Below the pieces are notes generated by a model that worked only from the letters and a program-made list of their open reading frames with translations, was not told the DNA's origin and did no database searches. Position numbers and translations under genes: made by a program. Positions 39,511-52,569 of a stretch of 55,391 nt of DNA are shown here, piece after piece (within the stretch, counting starts at the first letter, position 1; each line of letters begins with the position of its first letter). Origin of the DNA: Octopus bimaculoides. Its lineage: Eukaryota. Location of the stretch: the NCBI RefSeq assembly GCF_001194135.2, contig NC_068994.1, forward strand, positions 60,339,814 to 60,395,204, in the 5' to 3' direction.

Positions 39511-39668
39511 AGTTGTTTCTGAGAAAAGAAAACATTAAAAATCGTCAAATTTAGCCCGAAAACCACGTGGCGTTAGGCTTCTTATATGTAGAATTGTTAA
39601 CGGTCTTCGTTAACTGAGCTTCGTCAGTTTCATTCTAACAAACTGAGCTTAAGAAAACTGGAAAAAGT

Positions 39669-39773
<105 letters not shown>

Positions 39774-40100
39774 TGTAAATGTGTGTGTTTGTGTGTGTGT
39801 GTGTATGCGTGTATGCATATGTGTGTATGTATGAGTGTGTGTATAATACATACACACACATACACATATATGCATGCATGTATGTATGTGTACTTATATA
39901 TGTGTCTATGAGAGTGGGTGTATATATTTGTGTATCAGTCTATTCATGCTGTTATTAGTTTATTGTTCTATTAGTCTCATTCTGTTTGTCTGTCTGTCTG
40001 TAGCTACAAAAACATACACCCACAAACATATACTTATATATTGTATTATACACTCACATCTTTTTAATATATATGTTTATCGCAGAGCATAAGCTCTGTC

Positions 40101-40189
<89 letters not shown>

Positions 40190-40295
40190 CATATATATAC
40201 ACATATACATACATACACATATATATATACACATATACATACATATATGTGTGTGTGTGTGCATATATATATATGTGTATGTGCTGGTATGTATG

Positions 40296-40375
<80 letters not shown>

Positions 40376-40552
40376 CACACACACACACACACGACATCAA
40401 CAGTACCCTAACCCTACAGAAATAGTCACACACGCGTCTCTTTCTAGCCGAGACACACACTCTCCGGCGTGGAGACTCTTTTATTCAATGAATGGAATGA
40501 TTGTTCAAGTCTTGTGTCACAGAAATGGCATCAATTGTCACTGACATGTGCT

Positions 40553-40603
40553 GTCACCATGGTAACTTCCGGGACACACCCATTCGTCTCAGAGACCACG
40601 CCC
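40553..40603. promoter_or_regulatory. Promoter-like motif cluster: X-box + ETS + GT-box
   Basis: GTCACCATGGTAAC (40553-40566), overlapping ACTTCCGG (40565-40572), and CCACGCCC (40596-40603). No transcript evidence. Confidence 0.4.
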
Positions 40604-41274
40604 ACTAACTCGCAATTCGTTCAACGATTTCACAGATTTTCTTTTCGTTCTTTTTCTCCGCCCCCTTTCACCAATCCAACGCACCCCTCACACCCCTACC
40701 ACCACCACCACCAATCGTTTGGTCACTCCACCATATCCGCTACCACCTGTGTCACCATCCACCACCACTACCATCATTACCATCACCATCATCATCATCA
40801 TCAATAACAATATCATCTCATATTACACTCATCACCTCCACCTCCACCTCTACACCATCTATAACACCAATGCCTTCATTAAGGCCACCACATCTTCGCG
40901 ACCAACTTAACCCAATAACACTACGGCCATATTAATCACTGTTCGCCATCATCATCTGCTGTTTCTACTACTACTACTACTACTACTACTACGAAAGCCA
41001 TCAGAACCACTATCGCCACCATCACCAACGGTGTCACCAGGCGCACTACAGATCCTATCAACGACCTTGCAGCGGCCACCGCCACCGCGGCTAACACCAC
41101 TATCACCACCTTTTCTATCATGACAACTATAATCAATGCTATTGACAATCCTTCTGACCATCACTACCAGTTCTATAAACAATAGTTCTGTCTCCCCCCC
41201 CCCGCCAGCACCACTCCTTCCACTAACAGNNNNNNNNNNCCCCCCCCCCACCACGAAGAAGAAGAAGAAGACGC

Positions 41275-41797
41275 AGATTGATCCCCAGAAAGCATTCGGC
41301 AGTGTTCCACACTCATAGATCCTGGAATCTCTCCACACAAATAAAGTAGCTCCAACACTATTAAAATAGAACACGTACGCAATGGCAAACTGGAAAACCA
41401 TTGACAAATTCATCACAAGTCATTAAAACTTGCAGCCCTATACCTATGAGAAGAGGGATTTTCCAAGGAGACTCGCTGTAACCCCTGTTTTTCTGCCTTA
41501 CTCTAACACCGCTAACAAACTTGTTAAATGAAACTACCATGGGTTAAAGATGTTATTGACAAACAATAAACCATCATAGATGACTTTAAAGTGTTCACTA
41601 AAAATACCACAGAACAGTGAAACCTTCTCGAAATTATCCATAGTTTCAGCAAGGACATCAGAATGAGCACGGGGGCTGGACATATGTGCTGCGAAAGTGA
41701 CACTGAAAAGAGGCAAATTAATCAAACACTGCACTCAACATAGACACAGAGATCAGAGAATTAGACCCTAATCGCCAATACAAATATCTAGCAATCC
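41275..41797 (+). pseudogene. Dong/R4-type RT core fragment
   Basis: IDPQKAFGSVPHS*IL..MRRGIFQGDSL*PLFFCL..DDFKVF..KRGKL..IRELDPNRQYKYL. Confidence 0.85.
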
Positions 41798-42065
41798 TTG
41801 AACAATCCTTATTCAGGGACCTTTTCAGCAGGATGGACTAGACGGCCAGAACAAAATTCTAACTCGACCCCCACCTGCAAGATCATGCGGTATTTATCTT
41901 GGTATGAGATCACCATGTCGCGCACATATGGTTGTGATGCATGTGCCTGGTATACCCTTATCAGACGGGTAGGCATGATGGGTATTTTGGGCTTTGTATA
42001 TTCTACCCCAGTGTCACTTTGATAGCATGCGTTGCTCTCTCACACAGTAATAATAATAATAACAA
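41798..42065 (+). mobile_element. SINE-like repeat family D, 3' portion with (AAT)n tail
   Basis: AACAATCCTTATTCAGGGACC..CCCACCTGCAAG..CACCATGTCGCGCACATATGGTTGTGATGC..CTCTCTCACACAG(TAA)n. Confidence 0.7.
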
Positions 42066-42068
42066 TAA

Positions 42069-42752
42069 TCCTTACATCGAAATTAAACGGACGGAATAAG
42101 AATGAAGCAGTTTCACTCCTTAGATATGGAGCAGGGGTAATCACGTGGACAGTAGACGAACTAAACAGCTTAGACAGAAAGGCAAGGAAGTTGCTGACTA
42201 GATATGGGATACTCCAACCAAAAAAAGTGACACAGACAAACTGTGTGTACCAAGAAAAAGAGGGGAAAGAGGATCGGAAGCAAACACAGCATTAGAGCAG
42301 AAGAAAACAACATAGAATGGTATGTAAAAAAAAATGCCACAAACCACTAAAAAAAGATGGTTAAGGATGACTAAAAGTGATTTAAAACCGGAAACGGAGG
42401 CTCTAATCTGTGCTGCCGAAGAGCAAGCATTAAGAACGAATTACATCAAATACGGGAATAGACAACACATCAGAAAGTGATAAGAGCAGAATTTGTGGAC
42501 AAAATGGTGAAACCGTATGGCATATTACCAATCAATGTGTGCCACTGGACCAGAAAGAATATAAAAGACGTCATGACAATATAGCATGGATTGTCCATTG
42601 GACACTTTGCAACAAGTATGGGCTTGACAGAGGAAAAAAGTGGTACGAACATAAACCCGAAGGCATCGTCGAAAATGATAATGCAAAGATCCTATGTGAT
42701 TTTATGAATCAGTGTGACCATGAGATAGAGAATAGGAGACCAGATGTTAGTG
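42069..42752 (+). pseudogene. Dong/R4-type LINE: RT thumb, CCHC knuckle and start of the endonuclease
   Basis: LTSKLNGRNK..LRYGAGVITW..LDRKARKLLT..LKPETEALICAAEEQALRT..RICGQNGETVWHITNQC..YKRRHDNIAWIVHWTLCNKY..KILCDF..NRRPDV. Confidence 0.9.
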
Positions 42753-42885
42753 TATGGCTGTGTGTTTAAGATGTTCAATGCATAACCACGTGGTCCATGT
42801 TCGATCCCACTCCGTCAAAGATTGGATGTCATCTCTCTTAGCCTCGAATTGACCGATACCTTGTGAATGGAATTCGGTGCCTAAG
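42750..42885 (+). mobile_element. tRNA-derived SINE, family E, followed by (TGTA)n
   Basis: TATGGCTGTGTGTTTAAGA..AACCACGTGG..GTTCGATCCC (B-box-like). Confidence 0.65.
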
Positions 42886-43049
42886 CCTCTGTGTGTGTGT
42901 ATGTATGTATGTATGTATGTACGTATGTATGTATATATGTATGTATGTACGTATGTATGTATGTATGAATGTATGTATGTATGTACGTATGTATGTATGT
43001 ATGTATGTATGCGTGTATGTATGTATGTATGTGTGTATGTATGAATATG

Positions 43050-43920
43050 TACAGGGTGCAAGGGGTATTTGAGAACACATTTTAGTTTATCACTTCATCA
43101 AGCCAATTAAGTTTTTTTTTTTTCATTTCATTCCATTCAGACCACCCCCTCTTAGCAGATAAAATGCCAATACAAGAAATGAGAAGGCATGCAGCGATTG
43201 TTGCCATATGTACAGAACACAGAAACTTAAAACTTTCAACTTTCTAAATGTTGCCAGATCTTTTGCACACACAGTTCGGTGGAATTCCATCTGTATCAAA
43301 GAGAAACACATTCTAAACGGTCGGACACAATAAGAACACTGCACTTCATCGAATGGGTTCAAAACACTCTCGATTATGAACCCCGGCAAATCAACTTCAG
43401 GCGTCGGAGTGAACAGTCAGGGCTGTGGCACACAAGGACATTCGATACAACTTACATGCAATGAACAGAGGCCAAGTCATGTCAGCAAAGAGACGGGAAA
43501 ACCGTTTGATTCGTATCAAACGGTTATTGAACGAGCTTAAAACCATCCAACGAACTTGTTCCGCTTTGGTTCTTCTCTGATGAGAAAAACTTCAACTAAC
43601 ATCGAAAGTCTAACAGAAGAAACGATAGACGGTTATTAGCACATCTTTCTGATGTCCCCAGAGTGATACACGCTAAGTTTGCAGTAACTGTAATGGTTTC
43701 AGGACAGTGAGTAACGAAGGTCATGCCGTGCCACTTCACATCTTTCTATAGGATTTGTTGAGGTGCTGGAAATAGATGTAAACCCTGAATGAATGAAGTA
43801 TGCAGTAGAAACCATATGTGTTTCAAAATGTCCCAGTGCCTTCTCACAAAGCCCACGTCACTCAAATATGGTTTCGGACAATCTTTACAGCCAGGTGACC
43901 ACAAACTCGTGACCTCTGAA
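43050..43920 (+). pseudogene. Degenerate Tc1/mariner (maT/DD37D-like) element with 5' terminus TA+CAGGGTG
   Basis: MPIQEMRRHAAIVAI..VARSF..HSKRSDTIRT..KDIRY..RENRLIR..WFFSDEKNF..NRRNDR..VMV..VSNEGH..SHKAHVTQ. Confidence 0.88.
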
Positions 43921-44166
43921 TCGTAAAATATAAATCCCACGAACTATTACTATGCATGTGCATGTATATATTGTTGGAAGCATCACGATTTAGTCTTTCT
44001 CATTCACAAAATGAGCCTCCCCCCTTTAATTTTGCTCAGATTGCTTTCAATTTTGATGTATCGATGCAACTCTGAATTTTGATTACGATCAACCAATTTA
44101 CTTTATCTCGTAAATTAAAGAATCTGATGTTATTTGGCATCAAAGTTGGGAAATTTGGGTAATTTT

Positions 44167-44214
44167 AGCCAATCAACAAACAGCGTGGCATTAACAGCTT
44201 GTTACCATGACAAC
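44167..44214 (+). promoter_or_regulatory. CCAAT box + RFX X-box
   Basis: AGCCAATCA at 44167-44175; GTTACCATGACAAC at 44201-44214. Motif match only. Confidence 0.4.
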
Positions 44215-44394
44215 GACACGCTGCGTTGTGGTTCTCTGTTGTCTGCGCCGCTGTTGTCTATGGTGATTTTTGCACTTAATTCTTCATACCACGCGTGTTT
44301 TGTTTTTAATTTTTCTGTGTGTTAGTATATTACATATTTTTCGGTGCTTCTGTGTGTTAGTATTTTTCTGTGCTTCTTTCTCTGTGTTAGTTTG

Positions 44395-44873
44395 TTAAAT
44401 ACTAAGTTGGCCCCCGACTTGGTTGGCTATTTACGCCTATTTAGATCGAGCACAAACTTGTACGGAGTACAGACGTCTGCGTGTTATTTAATATACATCT
44501 CAGGAAAAACAACCTTCTTATGTTCAATAAGCTTGGTGGCACCCTGGTGGTACATCTCATTGTGGCAAACGTAAAACCGCCTATAATTGTATTGTTATAT
44601 AATATATTAATTACCAGGTAACCCGCGACTTGACTGGTTATCCACGCTGGTTATATCGAGCATAAACTTACACGAAGTGTAGGTGGGTATGTGCATGTGT
44701 GTTGTTTTATATAATTTCGGGGTACATTTATATATTTCTACATTTGGTAAGTTTTGTGGTACCCTGGTAGAACTTATGACTGTACTGTTACATATATTAA
44801 ATACCAAGGTTGCTCTCGATTTGGCTGGCTACCCACGCCGGGTATATCGAACACAGACTTAAGTAAAGTACAG
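44395..44873 (+). repeat. Three diverged ~78-bp modules (44395-44472, 44607-44682, 44797-44873)
   Basis: Approximate consensus TTAAATACCAAGTT..CGACTTGGCTGGCTATCCACGCCGGTTATATCGAGCACAAACTTA..AGTACAG. Confidence 0.75.
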
Positions 44874-46889
44874 TTGGGTGTGTGCGTGGGTGCGCGTGCG
44901 TGCATGCGTGCGTGTGCGTGTGTGTGTGTGTGCGTAGCTGTCTGTTTGTCTGTCTGTATGAAGACATGGCTGAGATGGAATTGTGTGACTATCATGCATT
45001 TCTTAAATGAAGAAGAACAAACACTCCCTCGCGAGTCTTCCACGTTTCTTTTAAATTCTTTAACTTTAATTGTGACGACAACGAAGCTTCTAATGAAGAA
45101 AACTTCCACAAAACCCAACGGCCAAAGTACATGCAGTGTATATATGAAACAATATATATATATATATAGATAAATAGATAGATAGATAGATAGATAGATA
45201 AAACTTACTTGGAAGAGGATGCGTTCAATCATATAATAATATAAATAATATATATATATATATGTACACACATATATACATATGCATGTATACATACGTA
45301 TATGTATGTACTTACATCTATACGTATATATATATATATATATATGTACACACATATATACATATGCATGTATACATACGTATATGTATGTACTTACATC
45401 TATACGTATATATATGTGTGTGTGTGCATATGTGTGCACAGGACGTTATGAAACGTGTACAACAAAAAGATACGAAGTATGAGTACATGGAATATGAAGT
45501 ATTTTTACGGGCAACGAAAGACACAAATGGAAAACAAAACAAACAACATAAAGAACGACCCTTCATCAGTTGTTGGCTGTTTTTCTAGTTTCGTATTTCG
45601 AGCATTTAACAACAATATACGCTTTTGATAAAACAGTTGCTCCCGCAAAGCAAATTAAATAAAATTTGGGATTTTGTGGAGGGTCAAAATTGGTAAATTG
45701 TTTGTTCTTTTTATTTTTCTGATAATCGTTTTTCTGTTTTGGGGAATTCTGCGCTTAATTTTCTTCACAGGTCTTGGTGGGGGTGTGTTTAGCACATATA
45801 TGTATATGTCATATGTATGTATGTGTGTGTGTGTGTGTGAGCGCGTGTATATAAGTACATATAGATAAATACATACACAAACACACACAATAGATAGATG
45901 GATAAATAGATAGATAGACACATACATACAAAAATACATACATACATACATACATACAACACTATACATACATACATACATACATAGGACAGAAATGCAG
46001 AGAACAAGAGATTTGCCTGTTGGAATGTTATAACCAATGCTACTATTGTAAAGTGAAGCGATATAAAACAAATACATAAATAAAGAAAATAAAAAAACAC
46101 ACTTGATGGAATTTTTAACGTTAAAAACTTAAAACAGATTCAAGAATTCTGCTGCCAGTCTTTTATTAGCATCAAGTGAGTTTGCATAGTTTATGTCAAA
46201 AAAAAAAAAAGAAAACGGAATTGATAGCTTGGTTTCACCTGTCAATGGAATCATCTAATTTCAGATAGATACCGAAAACAAGAGACTAAAAGTTCTGCTA
46301 GTCTTAAGAAATGGTCTCTGAAAGCATATAAATATTTAAAGTCACACGCTTTCTTCTTGCATGTGATGGAGATGTAAATGAAGGTCGGTCAGAGAATCTG
46401 AGCGCGCGCGAGTGTGCAGTTTGGGCGACAACATATATATAAAAAAAAAACTACCTATTTTCATTGACATGTGTGTGTGAAACAGAGAGAGAGTGTGTGT
46501 GTGTGTGTGTGTATTTGTGTATATATACAGAAAAAAGATAAATAAAGAATGAAGGGAAATAATGGAAAAAATTTTAATTAAAAAAATGTTTAAATTAAAT
46601 TAAAACTAAAAAAAAATGCAAAATCGTATTTTATCTTCCTTAATTTCATATATTTTTATTTCATCTTAATCAGGAAGACATTAAAGGCCCTTTCTATTCT
46701 TTTTTTTTTTTTCCTTACCCTTGATCAAAACCGTCTAAAAACGCTGTGACGGCTTACAACAACTGAAGTACGACAGCGAGTATCGAATAAATCGCTGTCA
46801 AAAAACTCGGAGTTCTAAATGTATTCTCTGTTTGTGTTATTCAGTACCTGTGCGTGTGTGTGGGGTGGGGTCTGTGATTTCAAAGGCTT

Positions 46890-47370
46890 TTTTTTATGGT
46901 AAAATAGTATTTTTTTCAAAAATTACACAATATGTTCGCCTGCCCCTAATGTCAATGCAGCTAAATTTGGTTGTGCTTAGCAAACAAACTAGGATGATCG
47001 GCACGCTTGAGAACATTGGGAACTTGATCGTGCTACTTCATGCGCAAAATCTTCCTTAATACAGGACTGGTACAGTGTCCAAGTTTCTGCATTACGAAGG
47101 AGAGTCGGTGAGATGAGAGCATTGTACACTTTAATTGTCGTTTCTACTCGAACACTTGAGTTCTCCAACATTTTATGCTGCACTTTCCTAAAGCTGCCCT
47201 CACCTTACTAATAAGTGGTGCCACTATAGCATCAATGCAGGCAGTTGAAGACTCTATATTTTTCATTTCCGTGCTAACAGGAGAGAACAGCCGCTTCAAG
47301 ATGGAAACCAATTCATTCAAATGGGTGGCAGATGTTCTCCAAGTATACAACTCATCCGTAGCGCCTCCAC
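46890..47370 (-). pseudogene. RTE-clade LINE C-terminal fragment, heavily decayed
   Basis: CIDAIV..ISKVRAALGK..TTIKVYNALISPTLLRNAETWTLY, resembling IDxEI..RI.KA..AFG.L..TK.KVY.A.V..TLLY..ETWT. Confidence 0.7.
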
Positions 47371-47759
47371 TTTCTCAACAATAACAAAATCAACAACAAC
47401 ATAACAGAAATCTCAAACACAACCACGGTTAGTAAATAGGTAAAAAAAACAAAACCAGTCCAAAGATGTGCAAAAACAGCAAAGCACACAAGATAAGGTG
47501 ACCAACGTCATTTTTTTTTAATAGATGGAGGAGTAACAAGTAGCAAAAATATAGCCGTTAGTGAAAAAGAACTCCCCTGAATACACACACACACATACAC
47601 ACACACGCGCGTGTATAGACAGACTTTTACTACAGACATATACATACGTTGAAAGGAAAATGTCCCTTTGACTTTGGGATTTTAAAAAAAGTTAAAATGT
47701 TGGAAAAGCCTTTTCAAGACTTTCCTCTTAAACAACAAATAGACCGGAGCGTTTTTCGT

Positions 47760-48115
47760 TTTTCGCAGTTCTTGAATTGCTTTGAAACGTTCGATTCCGT
47801 TGCCTTTTAAGTAGAGTTTGTTTTAATTCCTGGTGTCTGATATTACGAGTTTCAGAGTTTGAGACAATTGTGCAGATTTTTCTTGCTAGAGTAAATGGAA
47901 TATTCTTCTTCGATGGTTTGAAATGGCATGAGAAGAACAGTAGGTATTGTTTAGAATCTGTTTGTTTGTAGTGAATGATTGATGATTAGTATGTCCAGGA
48001 ATGGTAGTTGAGTTTTATTGTATTCCATGGCGAAGTTGATACCATTGTATATATAATAGCACTTAAATTTATTTAGTTCGCTCAAATAAGAACTTGACCA
48101 AATATATCGAAAGAA
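47760..48115 (-). pseudogene. Penelope-like element RT C-terminal/thumb fragment
   Basis: FRYI(DD)..INFAMEYNKTQLPFLDILI..TDSKQYLLFFSCH..KKNIPFTLARK-ICTIVS..RHQELKQTLL (I.FTME...LPFLD..TD..QYL.F.SCHP...IP.SLARRI signature). Confidence 0.8.
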
Positions 48116-48988
48116 ACACACGCACACATGTATGTGTGTATGTATGCATGCATGCATGTATGTATGTATGTATGTGTGTATGTATGTATCATTATCGATT
48201 CTCATATGCAGTTATGTTTTGCTTATTTCATTTTAAAATACCTTTACACATGGAATATTTTCTTGGTTTGAGAGATGTTTCACCAGCATTAATACACATT
48301 TTCACACGCGCGTGCGCATATACACATAGCTATGCATCTATGTGTATGCCTGTGCATCTTTCAGTATGCGTACTTGTGTTTAACTTTGTGTGAGTGCATG
48401 AATGTGTGTGTGTGTGTGTGTGTGTGTTTATCTTAATTCACAATTTCCATATTCATGTCAGTTCCATTCTGACAGCAAGGCTATATTATGTTTTAATTGC
48501 ATACATACATACGTACGTACGTACGTACGTACGTACGTACGTACGTACAAGTGTGTGTGTGTGTGTGTGTGTGTGTGAGTGTGTGCGTGTGTGTACTTCG
48601 GCAAAGCAATTAAAAAGAAAAAAACCCCGCAGTGTTGGCGCAGTGGTAATTTCCCAACAATTGTTGCCATAGTTTACTAATGAATGCTGAACACAAAACG
48701 ACAAACAGCTTCGTTATACCCGTCTGAATGAATAAACATTTCCCTACGAAATTGCTGTTTCTTCACTGTCGTGGTGAAGAGCGAAACGAAATCTATAAAG
48801 TTGTTTTCAAAACTCGAAACTACAACCTTCCGGGCGGTTTTCTGCTTATTGCGTATATTGCGTATATTGATATTACACAAACATATAGATTTGATACATA
48901 GATTATAAAGTAAATTGACAATATGCCCATGAATTAAACAAAGACTCTGTCGTAGTTTATTCTGTAATCAGTAAAATAATCCGTGATT

Positions 48989-49577
48989 AATATTCATTTA
49001 TAATTTCTTCAAAGTATTATGACTTTTTTAATAATGTAGGGGGTGCGGAACTGGACATAGCCCCACACTTCTTTAATCATACGGTAGATAGATACACAGA
49101 TAGATAGATAGAGAAAGAGAGAGAGATTGGGTTTTTTGCCGCTTTATTATATTTTTTACGGAGATGTAGATGCATGGCAAGTGACTTGATGTAAGATCGT
49201 GTGCTGAAACAAAAACAATTGCAGCGTAAAAGATATTTTCGTCACTTTGAAATTGCGACCGGTTCACTTACAAAATATTTGTGAAGTTTTGTCAGTGAAC
49301 TTTAAGTTTAAATGTTAAAGCGAAACTAACGGTTTTTGTGTGTTTTTGAATAGCTTATAAATATCTTTGTTTACATATGAAATTCAAACGGAAGTTGACA
49401 TTTGAAACAGAACGGAATCTTGTAATATTAAGCATTATAATTTATGTGTAATATACACATAAATTTTAAAGTTTAAAAATTTTTTAATATTCATTCATAT
49501 TTTCTTCAAAGTAATATAACTTTTTTTAATAACATGGTGGGTGGGGGGGACTGGACACAATCCCGCACTTCTTCAAT
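48989..49577 (+). repeat. Diverged ~90-bp direct repeats (48989-49078, 49486-49577)
   Basis: AATATTCATT..TTTCTTCAAAGTA..ACTTTTTTAATAA..CTGGACA..CACTTCTT..AAT occurs twice. Confidence 0.7.
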
Positions 49578-50139
49578 AATTATATTACAGATTGTTGCTT
49601 TTTTCTATTTCTTCGATTCTCTCTCCGCGTTTTGTATCAGCCAATGAGGGAGCCAGAGAGCCTTTATAGGTATTTCTTCTGGCATCTCGATCAAAAATTT
49701 GTCTTTTGAATAAATCTAGATTTATGTCTCATCGATCTCTGGGGTTTTTTGATAAGGATTTGAAAAACTGAAATCCTAAGCTATCATATTAATAGATATT
49801 TACTGTTAACGGAGAATGTGAAACCTTTGTTACTCTGCAGTGGCATCCATTTCGATGTGCGTCTACAACTTTCAGTTCTTCTAATTCTTCCAGCTTTTAC
49901 TTGTTGTACTGAAGCAGTTTTCATGGCGATTCGCACGAGTGTATGATCAAACACGTCTCTCTGAGGGCTTCAATCAATATTATGTAGAGCAATGCCTGTG
50001 CTTATTTTATGAGTGTTTTTATGAGTTAATACTCTTACACGAATTATGTGTGTGTATGTGTATGAGTGTATCTATGTGTGTGTGTATGTGTGAGTTTGTA
50101 TTTATGCGTGAGTAAATATGTGGGAGTTTCATCTACGTG

Positions 50140-50237
<98 letters not shown>

Positions 50238-50356
50238 CAAAAGCAAAACGTCTAAAAAATATGGTAGCAAAAGAATATATTACCAAATACGTCAAAATAG
50301 AAAATAAGTGGAATATATAAGAAAAAAAGAAAAGCTGTTTTATTTTAAGAAATATG

Positions 50357-50368
50357 CAAGATGGCGGC
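50357..50368 (+). promoter_or_regulatory. YY1 consensus site CAAGATGGCGGC
   Basis: Exact 12-mer match; a weaker AACAATGGCG lies near 50528. Confidence 0.35.
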
Positions 50369-51007
50369 CACTCCCACAAATAAGGCACTCTTAGATTTCA
50401 ATAAAGTCTCATGTTATTGTGCCGTAGCCAAGATTCAAGTCGCTACTAAGATTATAGATTAACTTGCTGATTCTCATCTGCCACCAGTTTGTGTGTAAAT
50501 TTCACAGCCAATTAATGTCGTGTACTCAACAATGGCGTCCCTATTTTGCCATGACAGAATTTAACGTTCAGCCATATATAGAGGCCTTTTTTGTTTGTGT
50601 ATTTCTCCCGGATTTGATGAGTAAGAAATAGATCGTAGAAGGAAATACATAATCACACACATTCGTACATATGCGCGCACACAAACACAAATATACATAC
50701 ATACATAAACAGGTGGATAAAACGAAGACACAGGGTTATAGAAAAGTGGATACAAAAATAAGTATCTGAAAGTGAGGAAGAAAGAGACAGCAAACATCGA
50801 GCGAGAGAGAGAGAGAGAGTGACAAAAAGGAAAGGAAAAGAAAAGAAGACAAAGGACTTGACACTCCATCCTTCGTTTATCTTCCTTCTTTCGATTGTTG
50901 ATTAATGTCTATCAGCCGTATTCCTACACGTTGTTCCGGCTCTCGACGAATTTCTATATTTAGTGATTTGACAGTAATCTATTCAATCACTGAAACTCTT
51001 TACATGG

Positions 51008-51038
<31 letters not shown>

Positions 51039-52395
51039 TCCTATCACTTCTCAGAATTACCAAATTAACTTTATAAACATTTTTTTTATATGTTGAACTC
51101 GGTGAGTATTCGGTGTCAACAACTAGCCTTCAGTGGTTCCTGGTCTCTTTGATTCTATTTATACTATCTCTCATGTATTCTTCCACATGGGAAGAATATA
51201 CGAAAATGGGCTTGCGAAATTTCTTTGCAGTAAAACAACTATAACTACACTAAAACCATTTTTGCGAGTTAGAATTACCCTGCAATACCAGCATGTAAGA
51301 AATTTCTCTCTTTTTTCTAACNNNNNNNNNNATATATATTAGACTATGAACTTTTACCTCTCTTCTTGCTTTTTGGATTATTTCGCAAGATTTTGAATTT
51401 AGCTAAATTGATTTGTATTTTGAGTTATACCGTGCTGAAGATTCCAAAGGAAGATGAAATGGCGTTGTGAGCGGCTATCAACGACTAATAAACTTTAACA
51501 ACTTTATTTGATGAGAGAAAAAATTTTTTAATTAAATATGCATGTTCTTTAATTCAATCTAACATTGATTTTCTTCCCTTAGTGATAAATTCAACTGAGG
51601 CGAAGCACGTGTTTAACCCAAAATAATTTTCACGATAACATTTGGTTAATGTATATATAAGCATACCCAAAAGAGAATATGAGTGCACCTGCGCGCATGT
51701 GTATGTGTGCATGTGTATGATACAAAATAATTCATTATATATGCAAATTGTCCTTCCAGTATACTTTAGCCGTTACTAAAAGTAGATTTAGTAATATCTC
51801 TGTGGACAGTTAAAGAAAGAACTCAGTCACTGTTAAAATTTCAACGCAAAAACTGAAACTAGTCCGACTCTTTCTCTGTCCATTTAGTTATTGTGCATTC
51901 AGATAAATTGTATGCATCTGCTTATACATACATTATGGGGTAAATACAACATCTCTAGTTATATTCAGTAATATAACATAACTTTGAAACTGACCCGTAA
52001 TTTATTAATATATAAACTATATACAAATGACAATTACTTTATTACATATATAACACCAATGTAATGATACGTATATGATACAAAGCCACATTAAAATACA
52101 AATCCCAAACCGAACAAAACACAAACATAAGCAAACAAAGAAAAAGAAAAGAAAAAAGAAGAAAAGAGGGAGAAAAACAATTTGTTTGCTTTGACATTGT
52201 TTATTGAGGACATAATATTACTTACATAGAATAGCTCACTCTGATAGTTTCGTTTGAGAATGTTTCTATTATTTTATCATTATTATTATATTGGATATAA
52301 CTTTCTATGTGTATTCCATACAATAAGCTTATCCTGAAATAGAAGTTGCGGTTCTATTGGTAAAATCCCAAATTTATAATAATATGTGTGTGTGG

Positions 52396-52434
<39 letters not shown>

Positions 52435-52505
52435 AAATTATAAAATATAATTATAATAAAAGACGGTGAACTGATAAAATCATTAAATAATCACTTTATT
52501 CTAAT

Positions 52506-52567
<62 letters not shown>

Positions 52568-52569
<2 letters not shown>

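Noticed and set aside
46772-46799. Short perfect hairpins (GACAGCGA/TCGCTGTC; also near 26795-26832 and 51176-51198)
   Set aside because: Too short for pre-miRNA, with no second line of evidence.
51434-51461. CTGAAGA-TTCC(AAA)GGAA-GATGAAA hammerhead-like string
   Set aside because: GAAA is displaced by 3 nt from stem II, and no stem I or III can be formed.
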